This document shows, piece after piece, positions 14,501 to 28,000 of a stretch of DNA of 64,000 nucleotides (its first letter is position 1; every line of letters starts with the position of its first letter). Position numbers and translations under genes: made by a program. The DNA is from Lingula anatina (lineage: Eukaryota; Animalia; Brachiopoda). The notes beneath the pieces are model-generated. The model ran no database searches. It was not told the origin of the DNA and worked only from the letters and a program-made list of their open reading frames with translations. Location: assembly GCA_051362555.1 (NCBI GenBank), contig CM120648.1:16240587-16304586 (forward strand). The letters run 5' to 3'.

Positions 14501-16020
14501 TAATAATGAACTCAAACTGTCTGTTCATTTAGCTGACTTACTGGAGTTCAGTTGTTTAATAATGAACTCAAACTGTCTGTTCATTTAGCTGACTTACTGG
14601 AGTTCAGTTGTTTAATAATGAACTCAAACTGTCTGTTCATTTAGCTGACTTACTGGAGTTCAGTTGTTTAATAATGAACTCAAACTGTCTGTTCATCTCC
14701 TGTTGACCATCCTTCATAAAACACTTCAGAATCTCCTCCATGCCCTGAAAAGTTAGAGGATAAAAATGTCAGGTGAATATCCTTGAAACAATGTGATCAG
14801 ACCCAGTTTCACAAAAAAAAAAAAAAGTCAGTTCCCTTGTAAGGGACATATGCATGTGTCCATGGTAGTGCTGTAACACTGTTCTTGATAGGGTAAGATG
14901 TGTACATGTAGCCATGAGGGTGCTATAACACTGTTATTGATAGGGTAACGTGTGTACATGTGACAACGTTGGTAACAAAGATTTCAGCCACTGGAACTGA
15001 CTAAACTTTTTTGGTGATACTGGGACCAGCTTACCTTCCTCCTTACCCCACAGAACTAATTCTAAATCAATTGATAAAGATAAGAAAGTTGCCAGCCTGA
15101 GGTACTTAGTCTTTAGGAATCTATTCAAATCTGAAACATCTTAATAATATTTCCAAAATCGACTTCTTGGCAGAGGTAATTCTGTACATGGCATCGAGGG
15201 CAAGATAATAGTCCAAAGATTCAGTAGTCCTTAAGTTCAATAGTCCAAAGGTTCATCAGTCCCAGAGTTCACTAATATATAAAACCTTAGGACCAACAAA
15301 CCCTTTTATTCAAAAACTGATAAAATGTTTTTTTTCTGGACCAATGAACCTTCTCACCAACAAATCTTAGGACTGTCAAGGCGCACTCCATGCATCAAAC
15401 ATGAAGGAGCAGGTATATACACATAAATACATATACTATAACACATAAATTATATGATGAGAGAACACAAACCATGGCCTTGGCCTCCTCTCGTATGGAA
15501 GGTATGGCCAGAATACTGTACAGGGCACCATTGACGTAGGGACGGATTTCATGGTTCTCGTGACCCAGGAGGTCACTTAGGACCTGAAGAGTTCGGTGAG
15601 GTGCCTCCGCACACTTCTTCTTGCCTGAATGAAAAAAAAATCAGTCAAATAAATTTTAATTAGTGATTTCTAAACTAAGACATGCCAATAAAAGAAAATA
15701 ATCAATTTTCACCCAAAGCTCCCCTAATTGGCCTAAAGGTTTCTTATTGCCAGCTAAGTGCTTTAAAAATAAAAATGTAAACTTGAAAATTACCAGTCAT
15801 TCGGACTGGATTGTCTGCAATATGAAGTTATAAGAGATGTGTGTTGAATTTGAAATATTATCATATTTAAGTTGGGTCTTTGCTGCAAAACACTTTGGAA
15901 ATATATGAAAATCTTGTTGGTGTGCGTGCCATTTCATGACCAAATGGTGCCAATTAGTGTGTGTGTGTATGAGAAAGAGAGACGAGAGAGAGGGAGAGCA
16001 TATAAGTGCCTGTGTGTGCC

Positions 16021-16070
<50 letters not shown>

Positions 16071-19000
16071 GATTGCCCACCTGCAGTTCTGAGACACAGG
16101 TTCATCAGCAGAGCTATGGAGTACTCTAGTGTGTAGTCAGACAGGGAATCATTGTCCTCTAGTACTTGTACCAGCCACTGCAGTAACCCCTCGTCTATCA
16201 TCACAGACTGTAGCTGACGTCTGAAACACAACACACAGTCAGTTAACACACAACATTTCTGTACCTGGCTCTCATCGTCAACTCTGCTCATTTTAAGCAG
16301 ATAACTTACACTTCCTCTCCTTCTCTCTCTCTCTCTTTATAACACACACACACACACGCCTATTTAAATGTGGGCAACTGCCTTGTTTTAGAAAATGTTT
16401 TAAGTCAATACTTAATACTTCAAAGTTTTAGAGGACCACTGCAGATTTATCTTGGTCTGTGGCAGACTAAATGTTTACACAGTTTTAATTATGTAGAGTA
16501 AATTAAACATCAATAAACTCTCAAACATCTTACCCATATTAGACATTCTAAAACCCATGGTTATGATTTGTAATTTTTTATCAAATTGATACTGTAGTTT
16601 ACTTCATCAGTTTTTGAAATTATTTATTGTCAGAGGTTGGCCTGCTAAATGCCAGTTTAAATGAATAATTTATTACATGATCTATATAGCATGTACCTGA
16701 GTGTTATGAGGAACAACTAAGTGCCATGCAAGCATTTTAAAAATGTGTCCCCAAACCACTAACATCAATATTTAAGTTAATTGATAGAAAGTGCAAGATA
16801 ATTACAATATGTAAAATAACAGTAAGAAATCACCGAATTAATGTACATGTTATTGTTTATATAATACTATAATACATGTACTTGGAGGCCATATTATAAA
16901 TATCTATGCCTAGTTTTAAATCACATCTGACCAATTTTATTTCAATAAAAAATACTTTACCATTAAACTGCATGCAGACGTACAATTTACAACACAGATT
17001 TATAAGAATGCCACAAGGGCAGTCTGTGACTGATGTGGTATTGTTTGGAATGTTTGGCACAACAGTAACATATCTTACCCTTGAGCTTCAACCACATAAA
17101 ATGTACATGCACATTGATAAAGCTAAATAATATACTGAACACAACACAACTATGATGTTATCTTTATACTTTAGTCTTGTCTATATCCAAAAATATCCTT
17201 GACAGAATTAGAGATAATACAAATTTTGGCAATCATCAAAAAATGCTCCTTGAAAGAGTATTATTTGGTTTGTTTCTTTATTGATTACTTACTAACATTC
17301 CATTGTGGACCAATACAATGTATACAGTAAACAAAATGTTTCCTCGCTCTTTGTAATATCAATGTCAATTTACTCATTTCAACACAAAGACACAAAGAAT
17401 CTAGAACTTAGCACATGGATCATTGTAACTTTAGTAAATACTTACGACAAACTGCTGGAAAAAACAAGTAATAACTTTTTATCTTTATCTAGATGGATAG
17501 TTTGTAAGGGTGATACCCCCCTCCGCCCAAAAAAGTATAAAACTAATGACAAAACGATCGCTTCATAAAAAAATAAATAATAAATAAATAAATAAAGTAA
17601 AAAGAAAAGGTTGGGATCAGCCATCACTGTAAAATCAAATCACAACATAATACCATCAACTGTACACACCTTTGCTGAATATCAGTATACATCTGCCCCA
17701 AATAACTGAAGCAACTTACCCTTGCTGAAAGAGATACAGCTGAATTCTTGGTACTAAAACATCTGTTTCAGTGAAAGCCCTAGTTTCTCAAAAACTCTCA
17801 GGTCAACCTTTACCTCACATAGTTTCTGTAAAGCTTGCAGAACATTTCAAGGTCAACATCATCCTTACCTGACTAAGTCCCCGTTCCCATACCTAGATTG
17901 ATCTAGCAGGATGGGCCCATCTCCATGGGATTTTCGCTAAATTGCACTCAGCTTAAGTGGCTTAGATGACTGGCACGCCTACTGAAGCTGCTAAACGATA
18001 GTTAATTACCTCCTAACAGCTACAGTGGGCATGATAGACATCAGAGCCACTTAAGCTGAATGCAAATTAGTGAGCAACCCCTTGGAGATGGGTGGATCCT
18101 GCTTGATCAATCTAGGTATGGGAACAGGGTCAAAGTTTCTGTAAAGTTCTGAGAATAAACTAAGGTGCACACATCCTCACCTTAGGTACAGTTTCTGTTG
18201 GGCCATGAGGACGTTCTAAAGTCAGCCCATTCTTACCTGAAGCTGAGTTTTCGTAGGGTTTCTAGGATGGCCTTTATCCTTACCTTAGACTGAGTTTCTG
18301 TAACGCTCCTAGGATGGCCTTTATCCTTACCTTAGACTAAGTTTCTGTAAGGCTCCGAGAACATTCTCTCTTGTGATAGAATCTTTTTCCTCTGATCTCA
18401 GCGTCTCAATCATGTGACCCAGAAGACTGGAGCTGGTGGATAAGTATGTTCGCCCTGTAAGAAAAATTTTAAAGTGAAATAAATTTTCAATTCTGTAAAA
18501 ATCACAATCCTCACTGAAAACAAAAAGGCAATTCTTCATCCCAAGAAATAAAAACTAAAAATAGTAAAATGAAAAAAAATATGATTAAGTTAATATCAAA
18601 AGAATAAAACACACAATGGAATATAAATTATCAGATTAGATCTAATGATTTAAGCAGACAGGGGTCAGGAAGGGGGACCAGAGGGAAGGGCTGTGAAGAG
18701 GGGGGTATATATCTGTCCAGGGCGATGTATAGGACAACTGAATCTATGTATACTCCTGAGAGAGAGAGAGAGAGAGAGGGGGGGGGAGAGAGAGGGGGGG
18801 GGAGAGAGAGAGAGGGGGGGGGGAGAGAGAGAGAGAGAGATGGGATCAAATAAGGACTGAACAGTTCCATAATGGCCAGACATAACCAGTTAGATCAGCA
18901 GATCTTGGATATAATGAATATCAGGCTTTAAAATCAATTCTAACCACTTATTCCTTCACCTTATAAAATGACATATCAGATAAGAGAGAGAGAGACTAAC

Positions 19001-20534
19001 CTTGACAGAGTGATGCCAGGGCATTGAACAGCCTGGCTGTATACTGTCTGACCACCTCACTGGGGGAGTGTAACAGACTCATCACACCCTCCTGGGGACA
19101 GAAAATATAGTATTATCATTATTATTATTATTATTATTATTATCATTATTATTACAACTACCAGTACTCCTGTTACTGCTACTCTTACTGCTCCAAAAAA
19201 ACTACTGCTACTACTACTACTGGAAAAAACTACTTCGACTACTACAAATAATGCTGCTGCTACAACTACTACTACAATTATCATTATTATTTTAAGAAAA
19301 TTGTTACAATAATCATGATTTGCAACACGATATTCTGATATAAGCTCATGACAGTTTGATCCTCAATCTAAGAGTGCATTCCCAGAGACTTGGATCGATC
19401 CATCCAGATCGACCTAACTCCCTGGGGTTCACGCTAAATTGCAGTCAGCCGAGTGGCAAGAAAGTTAATTACCCCTTACAGCTTTTAGTAGGCGGAACAG
19501 ACACTTAAGCCGGCTAAGCTGACAGTAATCTAGTGAGACTCCCCACAGGGATAGATGGATCTAAAATCTGTGGAAATGGGGTCTAAGAGCACTGTTATCT
19601 AAGAATATTTCCTCATAGACTGTGAACTGCCTCAGGTATGGTGTGTCTGAGTTTCAAAACATCAGTGATTTCAGTAACTCAGCCCAATAATCAGATTTCT
19701 AAATGACAGACTCACCTTGTGTTGTGCATTGTTATGGCAACAAAGAATATCATTTTTAATATATCCCTGTAACACTGTGTCCCTCTGTTCTCCTGGCGCC
19801 GAGCGGGTCAAACGCTGGAAAATTTTAATAATCGACACTCAACTTTTGAAACTTTAAACAACTCATGTTTGACATAAAACATGAATTCCAAATGTGTGAT
19901 GCCATATTACAGTATAAATCACTCATGACAAATATTTCGGGCCGTGATCATATCAAAATTTTGCACAGATTAAAAAGCCTAGGAGTTAGTATAAGATCTT
20001 TAATTTTTTTTAAACTTGGATCAACAACTTATACGGATCTTTCTCTCACCCATCTTAAGGCCTGTAACAACAGTGCCCGTCTTCTCTCTGGTCCATTCAC
20101 CAGGTCTTTCTTTATCTTGTCATAGTCCAGAGAAGACAGGAGACCCTGGTCCTTTTCTGGGGATCTAGAAAGATAACAGTTTGTCAAACTTAGATCTTTA
20201 TTTACTTATAGATCTATTTATTCTTAAATCTTTTGATTTGTTTTAGTAAACATTATCAGTGATTATGTTTTTACACAGGCATTTTGTACGAGAACTATGT
20301 TTATAGTTTTTCAGCATGTTCAGTTTAAGATAAATATGTAAAGGCTCAAGCCCTGTTTTTTTTTTTTTGACAAGTTCAACTCTGCACATGTTAGTAATCT
20401 CCAATTTTCACTCTCTCTATTTTGCTCTCTTTCCATTCTTTTTCTCTCTCTCTCACATTCACACACTCATTCTCTCATCCTCCCCCTTTCTTTCCCTCCC
20501 TCACATATACAAACTCTCTCCTTCTCTCTCTGTT

Positions 20535-20584
<50 letters not shown>

Positions 20585-22011
20585 ACACTCTCTCTGTTTC
20601 CATCTCTCACTCTGTTTCCATCATTCTCTCTCTCACTCTCTCTTTCTCTCTCACACACACACGCATATACAAACTTTTTCTCTTCCTCTCTCTCTCACCA
20701 TTTCTCTCTCTTTCTCTTTCCGTTTCCATTTCTCCCTGTGTCTCTCTCTCATATACAAATGCATATACAAACTCTCTCTCTCCATATCTCTCTCTCTCTA
20801 TTTCTGTCTCTGTCTCTCTCTCTCTCTCCACACTCACATCTGTGGGACAGCTATGGACTGCCGGAGCACGTTGCCTGCCGTCCCGGGACGTGCAAAGTCT
20901 ACAGACTGTCGCATGTGGTTGCTGAACAACCTGCTACAAATGCCCTGTATGTACTCTGCACTGATCTGGAACAGAACAATATGATTTGACGAAAAAAAAA
21001 TATTTTGAAAATGCACACAACCTCCCACCCTGTTTTTCATATATAATCATACAGTGAAATACTTGTGCATTTAAAATTTAACAATATATAGCTACAACTC
21101 AGACAACTGACAAAAAATATAATTATATTTATACTAACAATGAACGTAAAAAAAAAAACCCAAAGAAGTGCCAAAATAGCATATTTCTCTTTTCCTTTTT
21201 TCTTTCCTTTATTTATTTATTTATTCATAAAAAGAACCCTGTACCATCTGTCCCTGTACTGTTTTCTCCAGTGAGTCCACCAAGTCTGCTGTAATCCCTA
21301 TCAAACTATGGTAGTCTGACTGGACCTTGTTAAATCTTCTGATATATGTCATAGTACGTCTCTCTGCATCAACCACCTGCTGCTGAAGGTGCTGAAGCTC
21401 TGCTTGGACTTCTGGAATTACAGCAGGCAAATAAAAGTTAATAATAATGATTATAAAGAATAATTAACTTTTTTAACACGACCGCTTCATCTGGTTGTCT
21501 CTTTCTTACTGTGGGGGTGAATAAATAGCTTAAGTCAAATTTACTTCCAAAATTTTGAAGTAGGTGCAGTCTTTTTTTTTTTTTTTGCTGACTAAATATT
21601 TGATATTTAAACTTTGGACTTCATTTGTATCATATAAGAAACTGGTAAATTTTGAAGTAGGTGCAGTTTTTTTTTTTTTTTTTTGCTGACTAAATATTTG
21701 ATATTTAAACTTTGGACTTCATTTGTATCATATAAGAAACTGGTAGCGGCAACCTCAATGCCATGTAGGGAATGTGCAATTGCTCCATAATATTTATGTA
21801 ACCTTAAAGAATTGAATTTAGTTCTCGAGAATGAGGTTCAAACAGAATCTTAATCTCTGACAAAAGTTGTGCTATACTCAGATCTCCAGTTGAATAATTT
21901 AATTCTACTGCCCTGTCTACTCACCTTTACTAGGACCCCCGCCTCCTTGCTGTGAGGTGAAGCTCAGGAAAATGTCTTTTGTTTTAAATTGCTCAAATAA
22001 CACTGATCAGA

Positions 22012-22076
<65 letters not shown>

Positions 22077-25000
22077 GAGAGAGAGAGAGAGAGTGTCTGT
22101 ATGTCTTGCTGTGTGCATACATTTGCAAGTGCATATATATCCTAACTGTTTAATAATGAATAATGTGCATCTATATACCATGGAATGAAAATGTTTGTGT
22201 GTGCATATGTCCATATAAAACAACATCCTTCACAAAATGATAGTTCAGTAAAAATGATGGTTCAGTAGATTATATTATATAAACCATTGTAACTCAGTTG
22301 ATTGCTATCAGATAAGGATACATAGAGGTCAAAGAGCCTGGGTTGTGTGGAAGACTGCAGTGCTAAGGTGAGGAACTTCTCCAGTCTCTGCTGTAAATCA
22401 CTGGCCCAGTCCTCCTGAAGACAACAACAACAATAACAACAACAACAAAAATAAAAATAAATTTACAATATCAATAATAATCTGACAAATTACACACCTA
22501 TCTTAGAGTAACAAAAAAAAATAGATGTAAGGAACCTTATAAGTAAGAAAAAATTGCATTTTCTGAGTAATATCTTATTATTATCCATCAAACAAAAAAA
22601 AATCTTTCACAGGAATATACACTCTACATCTTGTCTTGTGATAAAAAAAATGAAAAAAATTGGGCTTTTTTTTTTACTTTTCTCATATTAATGTTATCTG
22701 GATAAACTAACAACTTACTGCAAACAACTCCTTATAAGAAGGGTGAGCCCTGGGGTTTGGGACGAAGGGCAGAGCGTAGAAGGGAAGAAACTCAGTGGTT
22801 TGGCTGAGTGAAGCACCTCTGGTCTCCAGATAATGCTTGAAAGCGGCCATTCCTTCCTCTGCTTGGACCTTAGCCTGGATAATAAAGATGTCAGGTGTAA
22901 GGCTGTTTGAGAAGTCAACAGATGGGCTTGTCTTGTAAAAACTGACACCTATTTTTATTTTTTTCTTTTTTATATTCATATAAACATTTTTTTATTATTA
23001 TTATTATTTATAGAACAGAGTTCACAAAGAAAAGCTTGACACCACATACTGTGACCACCTGAAATAAATTAGTTAAATATTTTGTATTTGGTGACCCAAC
23101 AAAGAGCTCATCAACAGTAAAGACACAAATTAATTTTGTATCATAAAGCAAGACGTTGAATAAATCATAGGCAAATACTTGAACCATATTGTATATTTAA
23201 ATAAAAAAACCTACGTACATTCATTTTCAATCTAATACATTTTGTGTGTGTTTGCGTGTCTGACCTTTGAAAAGAACAAAAGCAAAGTTGGATAAAGGCT
23301 ACCTACAAGCTTTGATATCAAATCAAATAAAAAAAGGCAAAGGGAAAACTTAAGAATATGAATGTCAGTGAAAAAAATGAAGATTAAGATGGATAATGAT
23401 AAAAACTGGATTATTTTATTTTGCTGAGAAAAAATGAACAAGTCCATAGGAAATCTGTGTAAAAACTTAGTAACACTGTTGGGTTCTTTAATATTAAAAA
23501 TAGAAAAAAAAAATACTAAAATAAAACAAGAAAAAGGCGAAAGAAAATAAAATGTAAATCCTTTAAAACATCCACAACATCATCATAAAATCAGGTATAA
23601 ATAAATGAATAATTGTCTGATAAAACTTGTAAGCAGCCTTTACCCAAGCAGACTTGAATCTGTCAGTACTGAGGGCCATGCAGGTATGCTCCTCCTGGTG
23701 CAGCGAACACAGAACCAGAAAGAAAACTGACTTCAAAACATACATTTAATTACTAATAGTAATACTATAACTGTACTGGTATACAACAATAAATTAGTCT
23801 TTCGTCAATTAAAAACCTCCCCTCTCCCCCAAAGAGATGTTTTGATTGTTTTGAATCTTTCCTCTTATTTATAAAGCAAGAAATTCAATAACACTATAAA
23901 CAAAGTAGAAAGCAACAAAGCCATGACAGCATCAAAGGCAGAAATACATGACAACTATCCTAATATCAATTCCAATAGCATTAAAAACTACACACTTTAA
24001 TTCTACTACTACTTCTCTGTCTACATAATGATTTAGACTAACAGTTAGACAATCTGTCTAGATTCTAAACAAAGACACACAGGAATCTTGAGGCATCTAA
24101 AATCAGAAAATTTACCTCTTCTTCAGAAAATTCCTACAAAGAATAAGAACAGGCATTATGTTAGTAAAGTGCCACATGGAGTCTATTTGTGCTGGTTAAA
24201 TATAATAAAAATAAAAAAAAGTAAAATATTGGGCTTACTCTGAAATAGAGTCTTAAGGGTAAATGGTAAATATACTGTCAGTAGGCTAACTTTGCTTAGG
24301 ATCTCATTTAGGGATTTAATTTACTCAGATTCACTCTGTGAGAACTCCCTGCAGAGTTGGATTGACCCAAGTACTAGTATAAAATTTGCTCAATTTTACA
24401 AGAAAACTTGACAAACTTTATTTTTAAAATTTAATTGTTTTAAAACCTCTACAGTTCCTATAATGGCTACAAGTATTTATTCCAGAGTGAGCCCAAACCA
24501 AAAACCAGAAGTTTGTAAAGCAATGCTTAATCAATAGTCAATTACTCACTAGTTGTTCGAGGAGGCATGTCAAGCAGTATAGCCGATTCTGCTAATTGCA
24601 CTTTAGCGAAAATTCCTGGCAAAGTTGGATTGACCCAGTTGGTACAATATGTGAATCTGAATAGACACTATGTTTGTAAAAAAAAAAACTTCATCCCATT
24701 CCTCACTTCACATGGGTGAAGTCCAATAGCAAAATGCATAGGCTTTATGGTTTTCCTGGCTGCCATCCCGATTTTTTTTTTTATAACTCATGTCTCCACC
24801 ACATCTGATCCTATTCCGGTGTATCCCCTACCTTTTTTTTTTACATCGTCATAACCCCCACTCCCAGTAACATTCTATCCCAGTGTGTGCCTGCCTTCTT
24901 TACCAGCTCTCACCTCATCTCCCATCCCACGGATCATGGGATAGACGGCAAAATAGATGTACAGGTAGAACTCTAACTTTAACAGCTCTCACCTCATCTC

Positions 25001-28000
25001 CCATCCCACGAATCATGGGATAGATGGCAAAATAGATGCACAGGTAGAACTCTAACTTTACCAGTTCTCACCTCATCTCCCATCCCACGGATCATGGGAT
25101 AGATGGCAAAATAGATGTACAGGTAGAACTCTAACTTTACCAGTTCTCACCTCATCTCCCATCCAACGGATCATGGGATAGATGGCAAAATAGATGTACA
25201 GGTAGAACTCTAACTTTACCAGTTCTCACCTCATCTCCCATCCCACGAATCATGAGATAGATGGCAAAATAGATGTACAGGTAGAACTAACTTTACCAGC
25301 TCTCACCTCATCTCCCATCCCACGGATCATGGGATAGATGGCAAAATAGATGTACAGGTAGAACTCTAACTTTACCAGCTCTCACCTCATCTCCCATCCC
25401 ACGAATCATGGGATAGATGGCAAAATAGATGTACAGGTAGAACTCTAACTTTACCAGCTCTCACCTCATCTCCCATCCCACGAATCATGGGATAGATGGC
25501 AAAATAGATGTACAGGTAGAACTCTAACTTTACCAGCTCTCACCTCATCTCCCATCCCACGAATCATGAGATAGATGGCAAAATAGATGTACAGGTAGAA
25601 CTCTAACTTTACCAGCTCTCACCTCATCTCCCATCCCACGAATCATGAGATAGATGGCAAAATAGATGTACAGGTAGAACTCTAACTTTACCAGCTCTCA
25701 CCTCATCTCCCATCCCATGGATCATGGGATAGATGGCAAAATAGATGTACAGGTAGAACTCTAACTTTACCAGCTCTCACCTCATCTCCCATCCCACGGA
25801 TCATGAGATAGATGGCAAAATAGATGTACAGGTAGAACTAACTTTACCATCTCTCACCTCATCTCCCATCCCACGGATCATGGGATAGATGGCAAAATAG
25901 ATGTACAGGTAGAACTCTAACTTTACCAGCTCTCACCTCATCTCCCATCCCACGGATCATGGGATAGATGGCAAAATAGATGTACAGGTAGAACTAACTT
26001 TACCAGCTCTCACCTCATCTCCCATCCCACGGATCATGGGATAGATGGCAAAATAGATGTACAGGTAGAACTAACTTTACCAGCTCTCACCTCATCTCCC
26101 ATCCCACGGATCATGGGATAGATGGCAAAATAGATGTACAGGTAGAACTAACTTTACCAGCTCTCACCTCATCTCCCATCCCACGGATCATGGGATAGAT
26201 GGCAAAATAGATGTACAGGTAGAACTCTAACTTTACCAGCTCTCACCTCATCTCCCATCCCATGGATCATGGGATAGATGGCAAATAGATGTACAGGTAG
26301 AACTCTAACTTTACCAGCTCTCACCTCATCTCCCATCCCACGAATCATGAGATAGATGGCAAAATAGATGTACAGGTAGAACTCTAACTTTACCAGCTCT
26401 CACCTCATCTCCCATCCCACGAATCATGAGATAGATGGCAAAATAGATGTACAGGTAGAACTCTAACTTTACCAGCTCTCACCTCATCTCCCATCCCACG
26501 AATCATGAGATAGATGGCAAAATAGATGTACAGGTAGAACTCTAACTTTACCAGCTCTCACCTCATCTCCCATCCCATGGATCATGGGATAGATGGCAAA
26601 ATAGATGTACAGGTAGAACTCTAACTTAACCAGCTCTCACCTCATCTCCCATCCCACGGATCATGGGATAGATGGCAAAATAGATATACAGGTAGAACTC
26701 TAACTTCATGGCCACGCTGTCCTCATTTTTCACAGAGTCACCAAGGTTCTCCTCCCAAACTTTGAAAAACTCTACTCGTTTTCCATACTGGAACAGCTGC
26801 ACCATCTCGTTCTGTAGAAAGAGAGAAAAAAGAAGATAATACAAAATGAAATATTTCTTTAAAATATTCTGCTAGACTGGCTACGCCTTGATGAATAGCA
26901 CTTTAGATACATATTCCACAAGAAGAAAATACATTTAATAATCTTTTAAAGAACAAGTTTGAATACAAACAAAGGGGCCTTCTTCCCTCACCTTTACTTT
27001 TTTATTACTCTTGTATTTAATTTTTTACTCTGCAAAAATTTAATGTTACAATTCAAGGTCTGTTCCTTTTCTTCCATCCCCGTATTTTTTTTTATTTTAG
27101 CCATCTTCCCCTTTTCTCCTCGTTTTTATAGATCTATCTAGTACTTACCTTGTGTATCTAGAGACAACAGTTTTCCCAGCAAACCATCCAACCGTCATTT
27201 GGACGGCCGCCAGCATCCCTGGACGGCCTAAGGTTTCAAAGATGGCTGTACGGCTTATAGATTTTTTTTTGGAAATATGACGAATTTAAGCATACTTGGA
27301 CTCTAAAATTTTGTAGGAAATTACATGTTATAATTATGGATGGCGTGTACCCCCAATCCTGGGAAAAACCCTGTCTGGAGGAGAGAGAGTTGAGGAAGAA
27401 TCCATTCTTTACCTGTACTGCTAGGAGCCTGGAGTTGGTCCTGGGGGGTTTGGCACCTTTCTTGGAGGGTGAAATTGTCTTCCCTTTCTCTGAACATTCC
27501 GTTTCAAATGAACTGACTGCACGCTCGTAACCAGCAAACTCTAGGTACTGAAACAAACACAACGCACATAATGAAACAAAACTGAAGTAGGATTTATTGC
27601 AGTCTTTTTCTCAATCTAGCATTATGTTATTGTATCTTTAGTTGATAATATGTAAAAACTAAGCCAAATTAATAGTTTGTGTCACAACAGTAATAAATTT
27701 GAAAACTTTTTTTTAGGAAATGTTTTCTTTTACTAATTTAGCAAAACTAAAATAACCTTTAATATTCCCAGAAATTTTTAAACACAAAACCTGCTACGAT
27801 GTCTGTGTAAAGTTATTTCCACTACTTCAATTCTTCTTTTGAAATAGGAATCACTCTTAACACAATGCCTAATGCCAGTAAAACAGAAGATAAACATGTT
27901 AAATATTATAATATAAATCTATTCAGTTGCTGATCAGTGCCTGCTTTGGGGCAGTAGACTCTTAGCTTCAGTTGATAAGGTGTCAATAGGCTAAAAGTTT

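Noticed and set aside
18631-18755. In-frame alternative terminal exon of ARMC9
   Set aside because: The acceptor is created by a (CT)n microsatellite, the peptide resembles nothing I recognise, and there is no supporting donor.
20367-20989. ORFs rich in SL/ER dipeptides (also 15872-16136, 22014-22226, 33608-34011)
   Set aside because: Translations of (CT)n/(GA)n microsatellites.
24901-26706. CRISPR-like array or a set of mutually exclusive exons
   Set aside because: There are no unique spacers and the context is eukaryotic. Units lack an acceptor with a pyrimidine tract, and 13 nt between copies is too short for an intron.
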